Part shown: positions 47,675 to 58,501 of the stretch, piece by piece
Layout of the letters: the number at the start of each line of letters is the position of its first letter
How positions within the stretch are numbered: the stretch's first letter is position 1
Source of the DNA: Anaerolineales bacterium
GTDB lineage: Bacteria > Chloroflexota > Anaerolineae > Anaerolineales > E44-bin32
Reading direction: 5' to 3'
Length of the DNA: 64,000 bases
Assembly: GCA_034430395.1 (NCBI GenBank)
Contig: DAOUEQ010000090.1
Coordinates: 4,781 to 68,780 of the forward strand
The notes under the pieces: model-generated
Told to the model about the DNA's origin: nothing
What the model saw: only the letters and a program-made list of their open reading frames with translations
Databases searched by the model: none
Translations under genes and position numbers: made by a program

Positions 47675-48684
47675 ATTCCAAACCAGGTGTGTACATCGAG
47701 GCAATGCAAGCCAGGATCGAAGATCATCTAAAAGCCTCGCTCTCCAACCTGGAAGCTGAAAGCACGGATCTCCTCGTTCAAATGATAAGCCACCATCTTG
47801 GTTGGGTAAAACCTGAAGCCAGCCGAGGAAAACGCCTGCGCCCTTTGTTATCACTTCTATCCTGCGACGCCGCTGGCGGCCATTGGCAATCTGCCCTTCC
47901 CGCTGCCAGCGCAATCGAGTGTATTCATAACTTCTCCCTCATACATGACGATATCGAAGATAGAAGTGAAACACGTAGAGGGCGTGAGACGTTGTGGAAC
48001 CGCTGGGGTATCGCGCAAGCGACAAATACCGGCGATGCGTTATTCGCATTAGCCCATCTTCTGACATACGAATTGGAGGGGCAAGGACACGACTCGGCGA
48101 CCATTCTCGCGATCCAGAAACAGCTTGACAAGGCATGCCTGCATTTAACAATCGGTCAGCATCTTGATCTGAAATTCGAAGAGACTGACGGGGTAACTGA
48201 GGTTGATTATCTGGAGATGATCGAAGGAAAGACAGCAGCGCTGATTGCTGCGAGTTGCGAAATTGGCGCTCTCGCTGCCCATAGCGAACCTTCTAAAGTC
48301 GCTCTTTTTCAGCAGTTCGGTCATGATCTAGGGATGTCCTTTCAGATATATGATGATTTGCTGGGGATTTGGGGGACACCAGATGTGACAGGAAAACCCA
48401 GCGGCGACGATTTGCGCGTTCGCAAGAAGACCTTACCGATCATCTTCGCAATAAACCATTCGGATGATTTCCGGGGATTATGGGTTTCCCATGAAATCGA
48501 CGATAATCGGATATCAAGGATGATAACCTCTCTCAATCGATGCGGAGCGCGAGAGTACGCCGAGGAGGCGACCCAGCGTTGGACAGAATCAGCGCTCGAA
48601 GCCCTCAGCATAAGTGAGCCCACCGAACCGGCCGCGTCGGAGCTGGCACACCTTGCGCAGAAGCTTTTGAGCCGAGAGTACTAA
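47671..48684 (+). CDS. Polyprenyl (likely geranylgeranyl) diphosphate synthase
   Basis: [44 protein letters not shown]. Confidence 0.88.
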   Translation: MNSKPGVYIEAMQARIEDHLKASLSNLEAESTDLLVQMISHHLGWVKPEASRGKRLRPLLSLLSCDAAGGHWQSALPAASAIECIHNFSLIHDDIEDRSETRRGRETLWNRWGIAQATNTGDALFALAHLLTYELEGQGHDSATILAIQKQLDKACLHLTIGQHLDLKFEETDGVTEVDYLEMIEGKTAALIAASCEIGALAAHSEPSKVALFQQFGHDLGMSFQIYDDLLGIWGTPDVTGKPSGDDLRVRKKTLPIIFAINHSDDFRGLWVSHEIDDNRISRMITSLNRCGAREYAEEATQRWTESALEALSISEPTEPAASELAHLAQKLLSREY

Positions 48685-48769
48685 ATCCAGCTGAGTCAGG
48701 CAAAACCTTACACAGTGCTTACAACTAGGCCGATTTTGCATCGTTATCAATTGCGGCGCATGCCTCTCA

Positions 48770-48778
48770 TGCTATAAT
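48770..48778 (+). promoter_or_regulatory. Extended -10 promoter of the kinase operon
   Basis: TGCTATAAT 16 nt upstream of ATG 48795, no obvious SD. Confidence 0.5.
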
Positions 48779-48794
48779 CCGAAACACATAAATT

Positions 48795-50678
48795 ATGCCA
48801 AGAACAACGCGTCAGCTCGGGGAAAACGAACAAAGCGAGGGCGACGGCCTAGATCGTTTACAACCGGGCACTACACTCGAAGATCGATACCTTATCCTGG
48901 GCATGCTGGGTGCCGGCGGAATGAGTTCCGTGTACAAAGGGCGCGATCTTCATTTCCCTAACGTGACTAAGCTTGTCGCAATAAAAGAGATGGTGAACCT
49001 CATCGCCGATCAGTCGATGCATGAGATGGTCGTGAAAAATTTTGAACGTGAGGCCGATCTGCTCGCGACCCTCTCTCACCCAGCAGCTCCCGCAATCTAC
49101 GACAACTTCTCCCATAAGAAACGGTCCTACCTAGTGATGGAATTCATCGATGGCGATGATCTCGAAGCGATCCTCGCCGAAACCACCGACTTCCTGCCTG
49201 AGGATAGAGTCATTGGTTGGGCGATCGAACTCTGCGATGTCCTCTCATATTTACACAACATCCAGCCCGAACCGATCATCTTTCGGGACATTAAACCTTC
49301 AAACGTAATGATCGATCACCACAGCCACGTACGTTTGATCGATTTTGGCATCGCCCGCAACTTTCAACCCGGCGAAAAAGGGACGATGATCGGCACCGAG
49401 GGATACTCACCGCCAGAGCAGTACCGCGGTGAGGCTTCTCCAGCTGGTGACGTTTACGCCCTCGGAGCAACACTGCACCACCTTCTCACTAAACGAGATC
49501 CTCGTATTGAAGCGCCTTTTTCTTTCGCCGAGAGACCGGTTCGGTCGATCAATCCCCTTGTATCACCTGAAGTAGAGACCGTGATCTCCACCGCCCTCTC
49601 CTATGATCCCAAGGATCGTTATCCATCCGCTATGATCATGAAGGAAGCCTTGATCTCAGCCGCAAAACGCACTGGATTGCTAAGCCAACCCAGTATCGCC
49701 GCGGTGATCGCTCATAGCGATAAGATCGAGGAGTTATGGTCTTTCTCGTGCGAGGACGAAATTCGCGGCTCCCCTCTAGTCTACGAGAATACCGTCTATC
49801 TAGGCTGCTATGACAACAATCTTTATGCCTTAGATAAGCAGACAGGCGAATTCCAATGGAAATATGCCACGGAGGGCGGCATCACAGGAAAACCCGCAGC
49901 CGAGGATGGAGTGATCTTCATTGGCTCCGAGGATGGTCGTCTCTATGGGCTAACCGCAAATCGAGGTAGTCTGGTCTGGACGTATTACGCTGAAGGCCCG
50001 ATCCGCTCCTCTCCTACTCTATCCGAAGGGCATATATTTATCGGCTCCGACGACAGACGGCTTCATGTGGTAAACCAGGTGAATGGCCGCCGTGCATGGC
50101 GCGTTGAAGCAAATGATGCGATCTGGTCCACACCATTTGTGCAGAACGAACTCGTTTATTTCGGTTGTGAGAGCGGCGATTTTTATTGCTATGACTTTAA
50201 AGGGGAGCTGAAATGGAGGAAGAAAGCGAAGAGAGGTATCACCTCCTCTGCAATCATCGTTGATGGAGTTGTCTACTATGGATCTCGGGATTGGACCATG
50301 TACGCTATTGATTCAGAAAACGGCTGGCAGATTTGGCGTTTTCGAATGCGGGGAGCAACGATCTCATCCCCAACCTACTCCGATGGCATGCTTTATATAG
50401 GTTGCGGGGATAATCAGATTTACTGTGTTGATGCAAAGCATGCACGCGAGGTTTGGCGTTACGAGACGGATCACCAAGTTACCGGCTCACCTGTTGCACA
50501 TGATGGATCCATCTATTGCGGATCAGTCGACGGTTCCGTATATTGCCTGGACTACAAGACAGGCCGGCTCCGCTGGCGTTTTCATTCAGAAGGTCCAATC
50601 ACAGGAACACCCTTTATCTCCGATAACGTTATCTATATTGGCTCAACTGATCACAAAATGTACGCTCTAGTCGCGTAG
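48795..50678 (+). CDS. Ser/Thr protein kinase with PQQ-like beta-propeller
   Basis: GAGGMSSVY, VAIKE, FRDIKPSN, DFG, GTEGYSPPEQ; repeated W-x-Y/F..SSP propeller blades. Confidence 0.92.
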   Translation: MPRTTRQLGENEQSEGDGLDRLQPGTTLEDRYLILGMLGAGGMSSVYKGRDLHFPNVTKLVAIKEMVNLIADQSMHEMVVKNFEREADLLATLSHPAAPAIYDNFSHKKRSYLVMEFIDGDDLEAILAETTDFLPEDRVIGWAIELCDVLSYLHNIQPEPIIFRDIKPSNVMIDHHSHVRLIDFGIARNFQPGEKGTMIGTEGYSPPEQYRGEASPAGDVYALGATLHHLLTKRDPRIEAPFSFAERPVRSINPLVSPEVETVISTALSYDPKDRYPSAMIMKEALISAAKRTGLLSQPSIAAVIAHSDKIEELWSFSCEDEIRGSPLVYENTVYLGCYDNNLYALDKQTGEFQWKYATEGGITGKPAAEDGVIFIGSEDGRLYGLTANRGSLVWTYYAEGPIRSSPTLSEGHIFIGSDDRRLHVVNQVNGRRAWRVEANDAIWSTPFVQNELVYFGCESGDFYCYDFKGELKWRKKAKRGITSSAIIVDGVVYYGSRDWTMYAIDSENGWQIWRFRMRGATISSPTYSDGMLYIGCGDNQIYCVDAKHAREVWRYETDHQVTGSPVAHDGSIYCGSVDGSVYCLDYKTGRLRWRFHSEGPITGTPFISDNVIYIGSTDHKMYALVA

Positions 50679-50713
50679 GTAACTTCATAGGAACATTAAA
50701 GAGATATCAATAC

Positions 50714-51604
50714 ATGCCGATTAAAACTTTTTTTTCCCGCATCTTTAGACCACCTCCCTCTCAGACCGGAGCTGGCACTCAATTGACAGGTGGAGAGTCT
50801 GCAGGTAGTCGCGCCTATAATTCTGCTCCCAACGATCGAATCATCATCGGCGCAAGTCAGTCACCTGGCCTCGAGCGAAGTCATAATGAGGATGCACAAC
50901 TGGTTATCAAAGGGGATTCTGCTGGGGCTGAGCCGCTTCCTGAGTTCGGCTTGTTCATGGTCGCTGACGGGATGGGAGGACATCGAGCCGGAGAGGTCGC
51001 CAGCAACGTTTCCATCCGCTCTGTTGCTCGAAAATTGATGGAAGAGACGGTCCTTCATCTGCTCGATTTGGATAACTCCACCGAGATGCTTCCGCTGCAG
51101 GACCTCCTGCATGCTGCTTTAGAAGAAGCGAACTCAGCGGTTGTGGAGCAAGTGCCCGGCGGCGGAACGACAATGACCGCGGCATTACTGCTAGGGTCAC
51201 AATTGACGATCGGGCATGTTGGTGACAGCCGCGCCTACTCCATCAATAATGGTCAAATTGAAATCCTGACCAGGGACCATTCGCTGGTTGAACGACTCAA
51301 GGAACTCGGTCAACTCACTGCTGAGGAAGCCGAATCGCATCCCCAACGTAATGTTCTGTACCGTGCGATCGGTCAGGGGGCTAACCTTGAAATTGATGTT
51401 TTCACCACCGCCGCACCAAAGGGCGGGCATCTGCTTATCTGCTCGGATGGTCTTTGGGGCGTTGTACCCGATCTCCAAATAAAGCATGTCGTGAACGATG
51501 CACCTCATCCACAAATCGCCTGCGAGCAACTCGTCCAAGCCGCGAACCTCGCCGGTGGGCCTGATAACATCTCCGTTGTTATCGTTCGATTTCCATCTGA
51601 TTAG
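50714..51604 (+). CDS. PP2C-family Ser/Thr phosphatase
   Basis: RSHNED, ADGMGGH, GHVGDSRAY, LTRDHS, CSDGL, GGPDNIS. Confidence 0.93.
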   Translation: MPIKTFFSRIFRPPPSQTGAGTQLTGGESAGSRAYNSAPNDRIIIGASQSPGLERSHNEDAQLVIKGDSAGAEPLPEFGLFMVADGMGGHRAGEVASNVSIRSVARKLMEETVLHLLDLDNSTEMLPLQDLLHAALEEANSAVVEQVPGGGTTMTAALLLGSQLTIGHVGDSRAYSINNGQIEILTRDHSLVERLKELGQLTAEEAESHPQRNVLYRAIGQGANLEIDVFTTAAPKGGHLLICSDGLWGVVPDLQIKHVVNDAPHPQIACEQLVQAANLAGGPDNISVVIVRFPSD

Positions 51605-51613
51605 AGGAACTAG

Positions 51614-53092
51614 GTGCCAGTAGAGAAGGATTACTATACTCTCCTCAAAGTGCCAAGGAATGCGACATCGGAACAAATCCGCCACGCCTTTCGCGAAGCC
51701 GCCCACCAGCTCCACCCCGATAAGAACATCCAGCTTGGTGAGACGGAGCTATTCCTTGATGTAAGTAAGGCATATGAAACTCTCATCGACCCCGATCTGC
51801 GCGCAGCTTATGATAAAGAATTAGCGGCTGCAGATATCGCCTTCGCCGCGGCTTCGCCATTTCACTGCAACATCCTCAACAGTCGAAATTGCTTGCTTGA
51901 AATTGATGAGCCACAAGTTCACTACATCCTTCTTGATATTTTCCCTTCGAAAGATTTACCGGAGATCCGGCCTCCCATTAACCTCAGCATCGTGATCGAC
52001 CGTTCAACCTCGATGGGCGGCAAGCGGATGGACAAGGTACGATCTGCGGTATTGGCGATCCTTCAAGATCTACAACCAGAGGACAACACTTCCATTACCG
52101 CTTTCAGCGATCGCGCTGAAGTTATTGTTACGCCAGATCAGGCAAAAAACCTTGCGACCGCCCGAGCTCGATTGAGCCTCATGCAAGCTGATGGCGGCAC
52201 AGAGATCGCCCAGGGCTTGACAGCTGGCTTGGACGAGATCCACCAAACATTCTCAAAAGAGGGCGTCAACCATCTAATCCTTCTCACGGATGGCAGAACA
52301 TATGGGGATGAGGAGCTATGTCTTGAGCTTGCGGATCAAGCCGCAGCGACAGGCATTACCATCAACTGCGTTGGTATTGGCTCCGATTGGAGTGATCGCC
52401 TGCTAGACGAAATCGCAAGTCGAACAGGCGGACATGTCATTTTTCTAAACACCCCACGGGCTGTAGCAGATTTGCTGCATTCAATCTATGACAACTTGAG
52501 CCAGATCGTGGCTAAAAATTTACGAATCGACGGAGCGATGGGTCAGCAAGTTGATCTGCGTTCAGCTTATCGTCTCCTTCCGGAGCCAATGCCGTTCGGT
52601 GACAGCTTTCCAATGACACTTGGTAATCTTCCGAGGCAAGGTTCAGTCCGCCTTCTGATCGAGCTTGTTATCCATCCTCTTGCGGGCGCAGTCGAGATCA
52701 CGCTTGCTCACCTCAACCTCAGCGGGGATCTGGTGGGTGTAGATATCGAGACAAAGACACTGCCCTTAGATATCAGCTTACCGGTCACGAGCGAAGCCGA
52801 CCCCAAACCACCACCAAAGGAGATTGCCACCGCATTGAATATGCTCGCTTTATGCAAAATGCAGGAAAAAGCGCGCCACGAGGTCGAACTCGGTCAAGCC
52901 GCACAGGCTGCGAGGAGATTGGAGAACCTCGCCACACAACTTCTCGCGGCAGGAGAACGCGATCTCGCAAAAGCCGCACTTCATGAGGCAGTTCAACTCT
53001 CCCGCTCCCGGCGTTTCTCGACAGAAGGCGAAAAAACGTTAAAATACGGTACGCGAGCTTTACTATTACTTCCACCTTCGAGTGAATCATGA
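51614..53092 (+). CDS. J-domain + VWA fusion protein
   Basis: DYYTLLKV..LHPDK (HPD); MIDAS DRSTS, GGTE, LTDG; helical tail. Confidence 0.88.
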   Translation: MPVEKDYYTLLKVPRNATSEQIRHAFREAAHQLHPDKNIQLGETELFLDVSKAYETLIDPDLRAAYDKELAAADIAFAAASPFHCNILNSRNCLLEIDEPQVHYILLDIFPSKDLPEIRPPINLSIVIDRSTSMGGKRMDKVRSAVLAILQDLQPEDNTSITAFSDRAEVIVTPDQAKNLATARARLSLMQADGGTEIAQGLTAGLDEIHQTFSKEGVNHLILLTDGRTYGDEELCLELADQAAATGITINCVGIGSDWSDRLLDEIASRTGGHVIFLNTPRAVADLLHSIYDNLSQIVAKNLRIDGAMGQQVDLRSAYRLLPEPMPFGDSFPMTLGNLPRQGSVRLLIELVIHPLAGAVEITLAHLNLSGDLVGVDIETKTLPLDISLPVTSEADPKPPPKEIATALNMLALCKMQEKARHEVELGQAAQAARRLENLATQLLAAGERDLAKAALHEAVQLSRSRRFSTEGEKTLKYGTRALLLLPPSSES

Positions 53093-53613
53093 TCGAATGC
53101 CCATCCTGTAATCACCGTGAATTCGTCGGCACTCTTTTCTGCAGCGAGTGCGGCACTCGGCTAGTCCACGCTTCCCCAATCCCGACGATGTCAATATCAC
53201 CCGACAAAATCAGCAAGGAGGCAAACGCGACCAAACCATCTCCTCCAGCCGGACCCGACCTCTCGACCGGTTCACTGTTAGGAGTGCGGGTTGTTTCTTC
53301 GGGTGACGTCATCTCCCTACTTGGGCGGGACAATTTCACACTTGGACGATCAATTGAAGGCCAGGCAGTTATTCCAGATGTCGACCTTGCAAAATACGAT
53401 GCCTTTGATCAAGGCATCTCCAGAATGCACGCCGAACTGAGAATCGAGGAAGATGGAGTATTCGTGGTTGATCTGGACAGCGCGAATGGGACAATCGTGA
53501 ACGGTAAACGCGTCAAGGGACAAGAGACTGCGCCAATTCATCATGGTGATATTATCCAGCTGGGCCGCTTAAGGCTGCAGATTATCTCGCAACAGACAAA
53601 AGGGTCAAGGTAG
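53089..53613 (+). CDS. Zinc-ribbon + FHA domain protein
   Basis: CPSC..FCSECG; FHA LGR, ISRMHA, DLDSANGTIVNG. Confidence 0.9.
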   Translation: MIECPSCNHREFVGTLFCSECGTRLVHASPIPTMSISPDKISKEANATKPSPPAGPDLSTGSLLGVRVVSSGDVISLLGRDNFTLGRSIEGQAVIPDVDLAKYDAFDQGISRMHAELRIEEDGVFVVDLDSANGTIVNGKRVKGQETAPIHHGDIIQLGRLRLQIISQQTKGSR

Positions 53614-53618
53614 CGCCT

Positions 53619-53861
53619 ATGGCTTATACAGTTTTGCTCCATATATCCGGTGAAGAAGCGGTTCTTGGTGAGATCGAAGATTTACCAGGGCCGCAAGACA
53701 CATCGCTAGCGGTAAATAATCCCCGACGCAAGGATGACAAAGATTTGCCCTTCTTGCACGAGACTGTCACAAGTGTCGTGTGGCCAATGCATCGGATCTT
53801 TTTCATAGAGATCCTCCCCACCAAAGAAGACGAAGACCTCATCGGTTTCGTTCGGGAATAG
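53619..53861 (+). CDS. Small hypothetical beta-rich protein
   Basis: 80-aa ORF packed 5 nt and 1 nt between neighbours. Confidence 0.7.
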   Translation: MAYTVLLHISGEEAVLGEIEDLPGPQDTSLAVNNPRRKDDKDLPFLHETVTSVVWPMHRIFFIEILPTKEDEDLIGFVRE

Positions 53862-53862
53862 A

Positions 53863-54600
53863 ATGACGGATTCCTCACCCCGCCGACGCAAGATCCTTGT
53901 TGTCGACGATGAACCGCGGATGATTCACTTCATCCGTTTGAATCTTGAGCATGATGGCTTCGAAGTCTACGAAGCTACTTCGGGGACTCAGGCGCTCGAC
54001 CAGATGCGAGATCTATTGCCAGACCTGATTCTCCTAGATGTTATGATGCCGGACCTTGATGGATTCGAAACGCTGCGGCTAATTCGGGATATCTCCACTG
54101 TGCCTGTTATTATGCTTACCGCTAAGGGCGAGGAGGAAGACCGGGTGCGAGGGTTAGAGCTTGGCGCCGATGACTACATGACCAAACCTTTCAGCCCGCG
54201 TGAATTGGTAAGTCGTGTGCGAGCCGTTTTACGCCGCACCGAAATGGCCGGGCAGCCCATTCACGATGTTATCCAGGTAGATAGCCAGCTTAAGATCGAC
54301 TTCGACCGGCGTGAGATTTGGGTAAACGATGAGCTTGTTAAACTCCGCCCAACAGAATATCGCCTTCTATACCATCTTGTGAAGAATGCAGGATGGGTTG
54401 TCCCTCATGAGCAGCTGCTTGCCAAAGTCTGGGGATATGAATACCGCGACGAAACGCACTACCTCCGTCTGTATATCAATTATTTACGGCAGAAGCTCGA
54501 ACAAGACCCATCGAACCCCAAATACATCATCACCGAACGGGGAGTAGGCTACCGATTTGTTGATTACAAGCGCGACCTGGCTAATAGTAAGGACTCCTGA
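53863..54600 (+). CDS. OmpR-family response regulator
   Basis: [27 protein letters not shown], winged helix ending TERGVGYRF. Confidence 0.93.
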   Translation: MTDSSPRRRKILVVDDEPRMIHFIRLNLEHDGFEVYEATSGTQALDQMRDLLPDLILLDVMMPDLDGFETLRLIRDISTVPVIMLTAKGEEEDRVRGLELGADDYMTKPFSPRELVSRVRAVLRRTEMAGQPIHDVIQVDSQLKIDFDRREIWVNDELVKLRPTEYRLLYHLVKNAGWVVPHEQLLAKVWGYEYRDETHYLRLYINYLRQKLEQDPSNPKYIITERGVGYRFVDYKRDLANSKDS

Positions 54601-54840
54601 TGCCTTCCCTCCCTGAGTCGCTTCGATATCGATTCTGAACATTGGATACAAATGCACTCATCCCTTTCAGGCACTGCATTGGTCATCGCTCTTGCCTTTC
54701 CTAAAATCGATCTGAAAGTCCATTTTTGACGGATCCTTCCGCAAGTCTTCGCCTGGGAGATTAGCAAATAGCTCCTTGTCCAACGAGGTCTCCTCGATTA
54801 GAATCTGGATAATTATTAGCTGAATTAGAAAGGAAGACAA

Positions 54841-55494
54841 TTGACTCGTCAACGCATACTCCTTGTAGACGATCATGAAGTTGTTCGTGTAGGCTTGAAA
54901 GCATTGCTTGAGAAACATCCTGGCTTCGAGGTAGTCGCTGAAGCAGTTGGTCCTCGTGATGCAATCGAAAAAACCAAATCATATAAGCCGGATGTCGTTG
55001 TGATGGATATTCGCTTGAAGGGTGGCTCTGGTATCGAAGCCTGTCAGGACATCACAGAAAACCACCCTAACACAAAAGTCATCATGCTCACATCCTATGC
55101 TGAGGATGAGATGCTCTTCTCAGCTATCCGCGCAGGGGCTGCTGGGTATGTTTTAAAGCAGATTGGTGGAAGCGATCTTGTTCGAGCGATCGAGGCGATT
55201 GGAAGAGGTGAAGCCCTACTTGATCCAGCCGTCACTCAGAGAGTGTTCCAGGAAGTCCGGAAAGCAGCGCGTGAAGAGGAAGCCTCGGCATTTGCAGAAC
55301 TCACCCAGCAAGAGATGCATGTACTGCAGCTTGTTTCTGAAGGAAGAACAAACCGTCAAATCGCTGAGATGCTCTTTCTTGGAGAGGGAACTGTTCGCAA
55401 TTACGTCAGCAGCATCCTTTCAAAGCTAAATGTCCGCAATCGAGCGGAAGCTGCAGCCTATGCTGTTGAGCATAATCTGAAAGACTACCTTTAA
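54841..55494 (+). CDS. NarL/LuxR-family response regulator
   Basis: [45 protein letters not shown]. Confidence 0.93.
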   Translation: MTRQRILLVDDHEVVRVGLKALLEKHPGFEVVAEAVGPRDAIEKTKSYKPDVVVMDIRLKGGSGIEACQDITENHPNTKVIMLTSYAEDEMLFSAIRAGAAGYVLKQIGGSDLVRAIEAIGRGEALLDPAVTQRVFQEVRKAAREEEASAFAELTQQEMHVLQLVSEGRTNRQIAEMLFLGEGTVRNYVSSILSKLNVRNRAEAAAYAVEHNLKDYL

Positions 55495-55943
55495 TCCCTC
55501 CTTTTTTATAAGAAAGGACCTCATCCAGATCGGAGGGTCGACTAAGTCCAGGGCCACCTTGATCCACATGATGATAAGCCAAGAGTTCCACATCTAAAGG
55601 GCACCATTGTGCACTTTTTCGTTTTCATGATGGATCAAACGGTGTCAGACAGAAAATGGTTGGTGATGATACGAATCTGTTATCCATCATCTTCTATAGT
55701 TGAAGAAGAACGCGAATAAGTCAGCTTCCTTCCGTATTTGGAAAATAATTTGATTTTTGAACGAGGCGGTTGGCCTAGTGGGAGGATTTGGCGGTAGGCC
55801 GCAGATACTTTTACTGAGGGTGATCTGGAAATGCTGCCTTTGTTATTCCGAATTTTCAGGTGAAGAACGTGGTATACACGTGCCAAACATGGCTACACGA
55901 ACCTATTCGGTTTGCCCTTCTACAATTCCTGTGATTGGTTTCT

Positions 55944-56504
55944 TTAATGACTCGTCCCTTGAGGGCGATCCCAACCCGAAGGCTCGAAATTGTGTACCGC
56001 TTCATAAGTAAGCCCATCAATCCAATCTTTGACACTTTCTTCGAGCTGCGTGAGAATCGCCATTCTCCCGGCAATTGCAGTTACTTTATTCCCCGCTTCT
56101 ATGCAAATTTCTTCGAGTAAGGCACTTTCCTCAATCTCCAAATTATAGGCAATCTCATTTACCTTATATCTCATCTCGTAGCCGCATATCTGCCTGAACG
56201 CTTCAGGGTCTTCCGCTGAGAGAAGCCTAGGCAAAGCGACGCCGAATTCTGCCATCGCATCAACGAGATTCTGACGTACATCTAACCCTTCTTTACCCAG
56301 ACCAGCCTTTAACACTCGAATGACATCTAGAATCTCACGCAACACGCTGAGAGATGATGTTCCAGCTAGAATCAATTCTTCAAGAAGTTTGAAAAAGGGT
56401 TTAGGCTCTCCACGCTCGATACAATCAACGATGAGCGTCTCCGCTTCTAAGCGAACGTAAGTCCTTTCCGCGAAATTGATTAGCTCATCCAGAGGACCCT
56501 TCAC
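55944..56504 (-). CDS. Hypothetical helical protein
   Basis: 186-aa ORF, AAGGAGA RBS, GTGA overlap with the upstream gene. Confidence 0.65.
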   Translation of the reverse strand: MKGPLDELINFAERTYVRLEAETLIVDCIERGEPKPFFKLLEELILAGTSSLSVLREILDVIRVLKAGLGKEGLDVRQNLVDAMAEFGVALPRLLSAEDPEAFRQICGYEMRYKVNEIAYNLEIEESALLEEICIEAGNKVTAIAGRMAILTQLEESVKDWIDGLTYEAVHNFEPSGWDRPQGTSH

Positions 56505-56851
56505 ACTGATCTCCTTCCTTCACCAGGTTCGTTTCCAGGGTGAAGGTGATAAAGGTAATCCCATGTGTAAATGCCGGCGTGGTGACCATCTCGCCAAACC
56601 AATTGAACAGCGTAGTTGCCTACTCGCTCGATTCCTTCCAAAATCGTCGCATTCTTATCGCGTAAAGTCAGCTCCAGCATATCTTCTTTCTCAGCGCCAA
56701 GATCTTCATCATGGCTTGCGCGGCAATCTGCACAAGGACAAGCTGCACGAAGCGTGCCGAAGGGATATTCGCTTTTATGACCATCCTCCCATTCTATCCG
56801 CAATGTCGATTCCTTACGGGAGGCTGAGACGCGCTTAGGTTTAATCATCAC
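56501..56851 (-). CDS. DUF971 / GBBH-N-like metal-binding protein
   Basis: IEWEDGH.S.Y....LRAACPCADC, VGNYAVQLVWRDGH..GIYTWDYL. Confidence 0.85.
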   Translation of the reverse strand: MMIKPKRVSASRKESTLRIEWEDGHKSEYPFGTLRAACPCADCRASHDEDLGAEKEDMLELTLRDKNATILEGIERVGNYAVQLVWRDGHHAGIYTWDYLYHLHPGNEPGEGRRSV

Positions 56852-56911
56852 TTGTTCCGTCCTTAAACGGGCAAATATTAGCTCATGAACATTAACGGGG
56901 CAAATCGCCTT

Positions 56912-57412
56912 CTAATCGATAGCTCGCAAGTAGGTGCTGACGGCCCACCCCGTTTTTTCCAGGTTATAGGGGTTAACCAAGAACCACCATTCATAGCCAT
57001 CTTTTTCCACGGGGCCATCCTGCAATTCAAACACTTCGCTCTCAACAGCCAAAGACACAATCTTGGAATCCAAACCTGTATTTTCACGCAACCGAAGCCC
57101 GTCCCCTTCCGTGCCAAAGACTTCGACGAGTCTCCCCTGCGAGAGTGAACCATCCACTGCCGGGGGAAATGTCGGTGTAGGGGTGTATGAAGGTGCGATA
57201 ATTTCTGTCGGCGGTGGGACGGCAGTGTAAGCAGTTGGCGCGGCGATTAAAACTAATATTGGTGTAGCAGAGGACTTCACCGCATGAGCCTGACGAGTGA
57301 AATATCCGAGCACAATCAACCCTAACAAAGTGATTGTGCCCAACAAGACACCTAGTCCAGCCCATAGCCAGTTTGTTTTCACAAGTCCGAGGAAAGAAGG
57401 TCTGTTTTCCAT
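56912..57412 (-). CDS. Membrane-anchored bacterial SH3-domain protein
   Basis: N-terminal TM, Pro/Thr linker, GDGLRLRE..DGYEWWFL..GWAV. Confidence 0.75.
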   Translation of the reverse strand: MENRPSFLGLVKTNWLWAGLGVLLGTITLLGLIVLGYFTRQAHAVKSSATPILVLIAAPTAYTAVPPPTEIIAPSYTPTPTFPPAVDGSLSQGRLVEVFGTEGDGLRLRENTGLDSKIVSLAVESEVFELQDGPVEKDGYEWWFLVNPYNLEKTGWAVSTYLRAID

Positions 57413-58491
57413 TAGTGGAGCAGGAAAAAAGCCAGGGCAAGCATAAGATAAAGAGCCACCAATATTGCCCCCTCAAGCCAATTTGACTCGCCGTCTTCTG
57501 CCACGAGTACTGCAATTAAAACGCCTCCTATGAGCGCGATCAATTCAAACTCATTGAACACCAAGGTAAGCGGGTTCCCAAGCGCCAGACTGAGAAACAC
57601 TAAAAAGGGGACGACGAAGAGAGCAATTTGCAGGCTTGAGCCAATGGCGATTTCCACGGATAAACCGATTCGGTCCTTCAGGGCAACACCAACGGCTACC
57701 ATATGTTCTGCAACGTTACCGATAATCGGAACGATGATCACGCCCATGAAGAATTCGGAGAGCCCGTAACTTATGATAGCCACTTCCACATGTTTAACGA
57801 GGATCTCACTCAGCCAGACTACACCAATAGTAGAGATGAGCAGGACAATAATCCCAGTGCGTATCGACCATGACCGGCGATGCACAACCACTTCAACCGA
57901 TGGACGCGTTAATGGGCCATCATCCAACCGGAAGCCATAGATTAATCCGAGGGCATAAAGCACAATCATCAGACCAGCTACACCAAGGCTGAGAATCTCC
58001 ACGTCGAACTCATCAATAATCCCATGCCCGGATTGAGCGAAAAGTGAAGGAATCGCCAGTGCTGTAATAGCCAGGAGAAGTAAAAGACCATCGCTGCTCG
58101 CCTTTTCTCGATTGAATTTTTGTCTTCCGTTTTTTAATCCACCCAAGAGCATACTGAGGCCAAGAACGAGCAGGAGATTGCCAATAATCGATCCTGTAAT
58201 CGAAGCTTTAACCAGTTCCAACAGCCCTTCGCGGATTGCCACGACGGTGATGATTAATTCCGCCGCATTGCCAAAGGTCGCGTTAAGCAATCCTCCCAGT
58301 CTCGGTCCTGCGTGCACAGCGATGGACTCTGTTGCCTCTCCTATTAGCCCGGCCACAGGGATCATCGCCAACGCGGAGGTAATGAGAACCCACACCGGTG
58401 AGGCACCGATCGTGTCTAAAATTACTGCGACCATTGTTAGTGGCAACAACAAATTCAAAGGATTCTCGAGAAGAGGTTTAATGTTTTTCAA
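57412..58491 (-). CDS. Ca2+/H+ exchanger (CAX/ChaA family)
   Basis: Alpha repeats GLLNATFGNAAE and PIIGNVAEH; TTG 58491 is the likely start. Confidence 0.9.
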   Translation of the reverse strand: MKNIKPLLENPLNLLLPLTMVAVILDTIGASPVWVLITSALAMIPVAGLIGEATESIAVHAGPRLGGLLNATFGNAAELIITVVAIREGLLELVKASITGSIIGNLLLVLGLSMLLGGLKNGRQKFNREKASSDGLLLLLAITALAIPSLFAQSGHGIIDEFDVEILSLGVAGLMIVLYALGLIYGFRLDDGPLTRPSVEVVVHRRSWSIRTGIIVLLISTIGVVWLSEILVKHVEVAIISYGLSEFFMGVIIVPIIGNVAEHMVAVGVALKDRIGLSVEIAIGSSLQIALFVVPFLVFLSLALGNPLTLVFNEFELIALIGGVLIAVLVAEDGESNWLEGAILVALYLMLALAFFLLH

Positions 58492-58501
58492 AATCCATCC
58501 C

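Noticed and set aside
54805-54821. GG-N10-GC site upstream of the NarL-type regulator
   Set aside because: Poor match (TGGATA...TAGC), and the implied TSS would fall within the RBS.
55598-55613. GGGCACCATTGTGCAC as a sigma54 site
   Set aside because: The GGCAC core is 9 nt from the GC, and no gene lies downstream on that strand.
55890-55922. c-di-GMP-I riboswitch-like GGGCAAACC on the minus strand
   Set aside because: The required downstream GACGCAAA element and P2 stem are missing.
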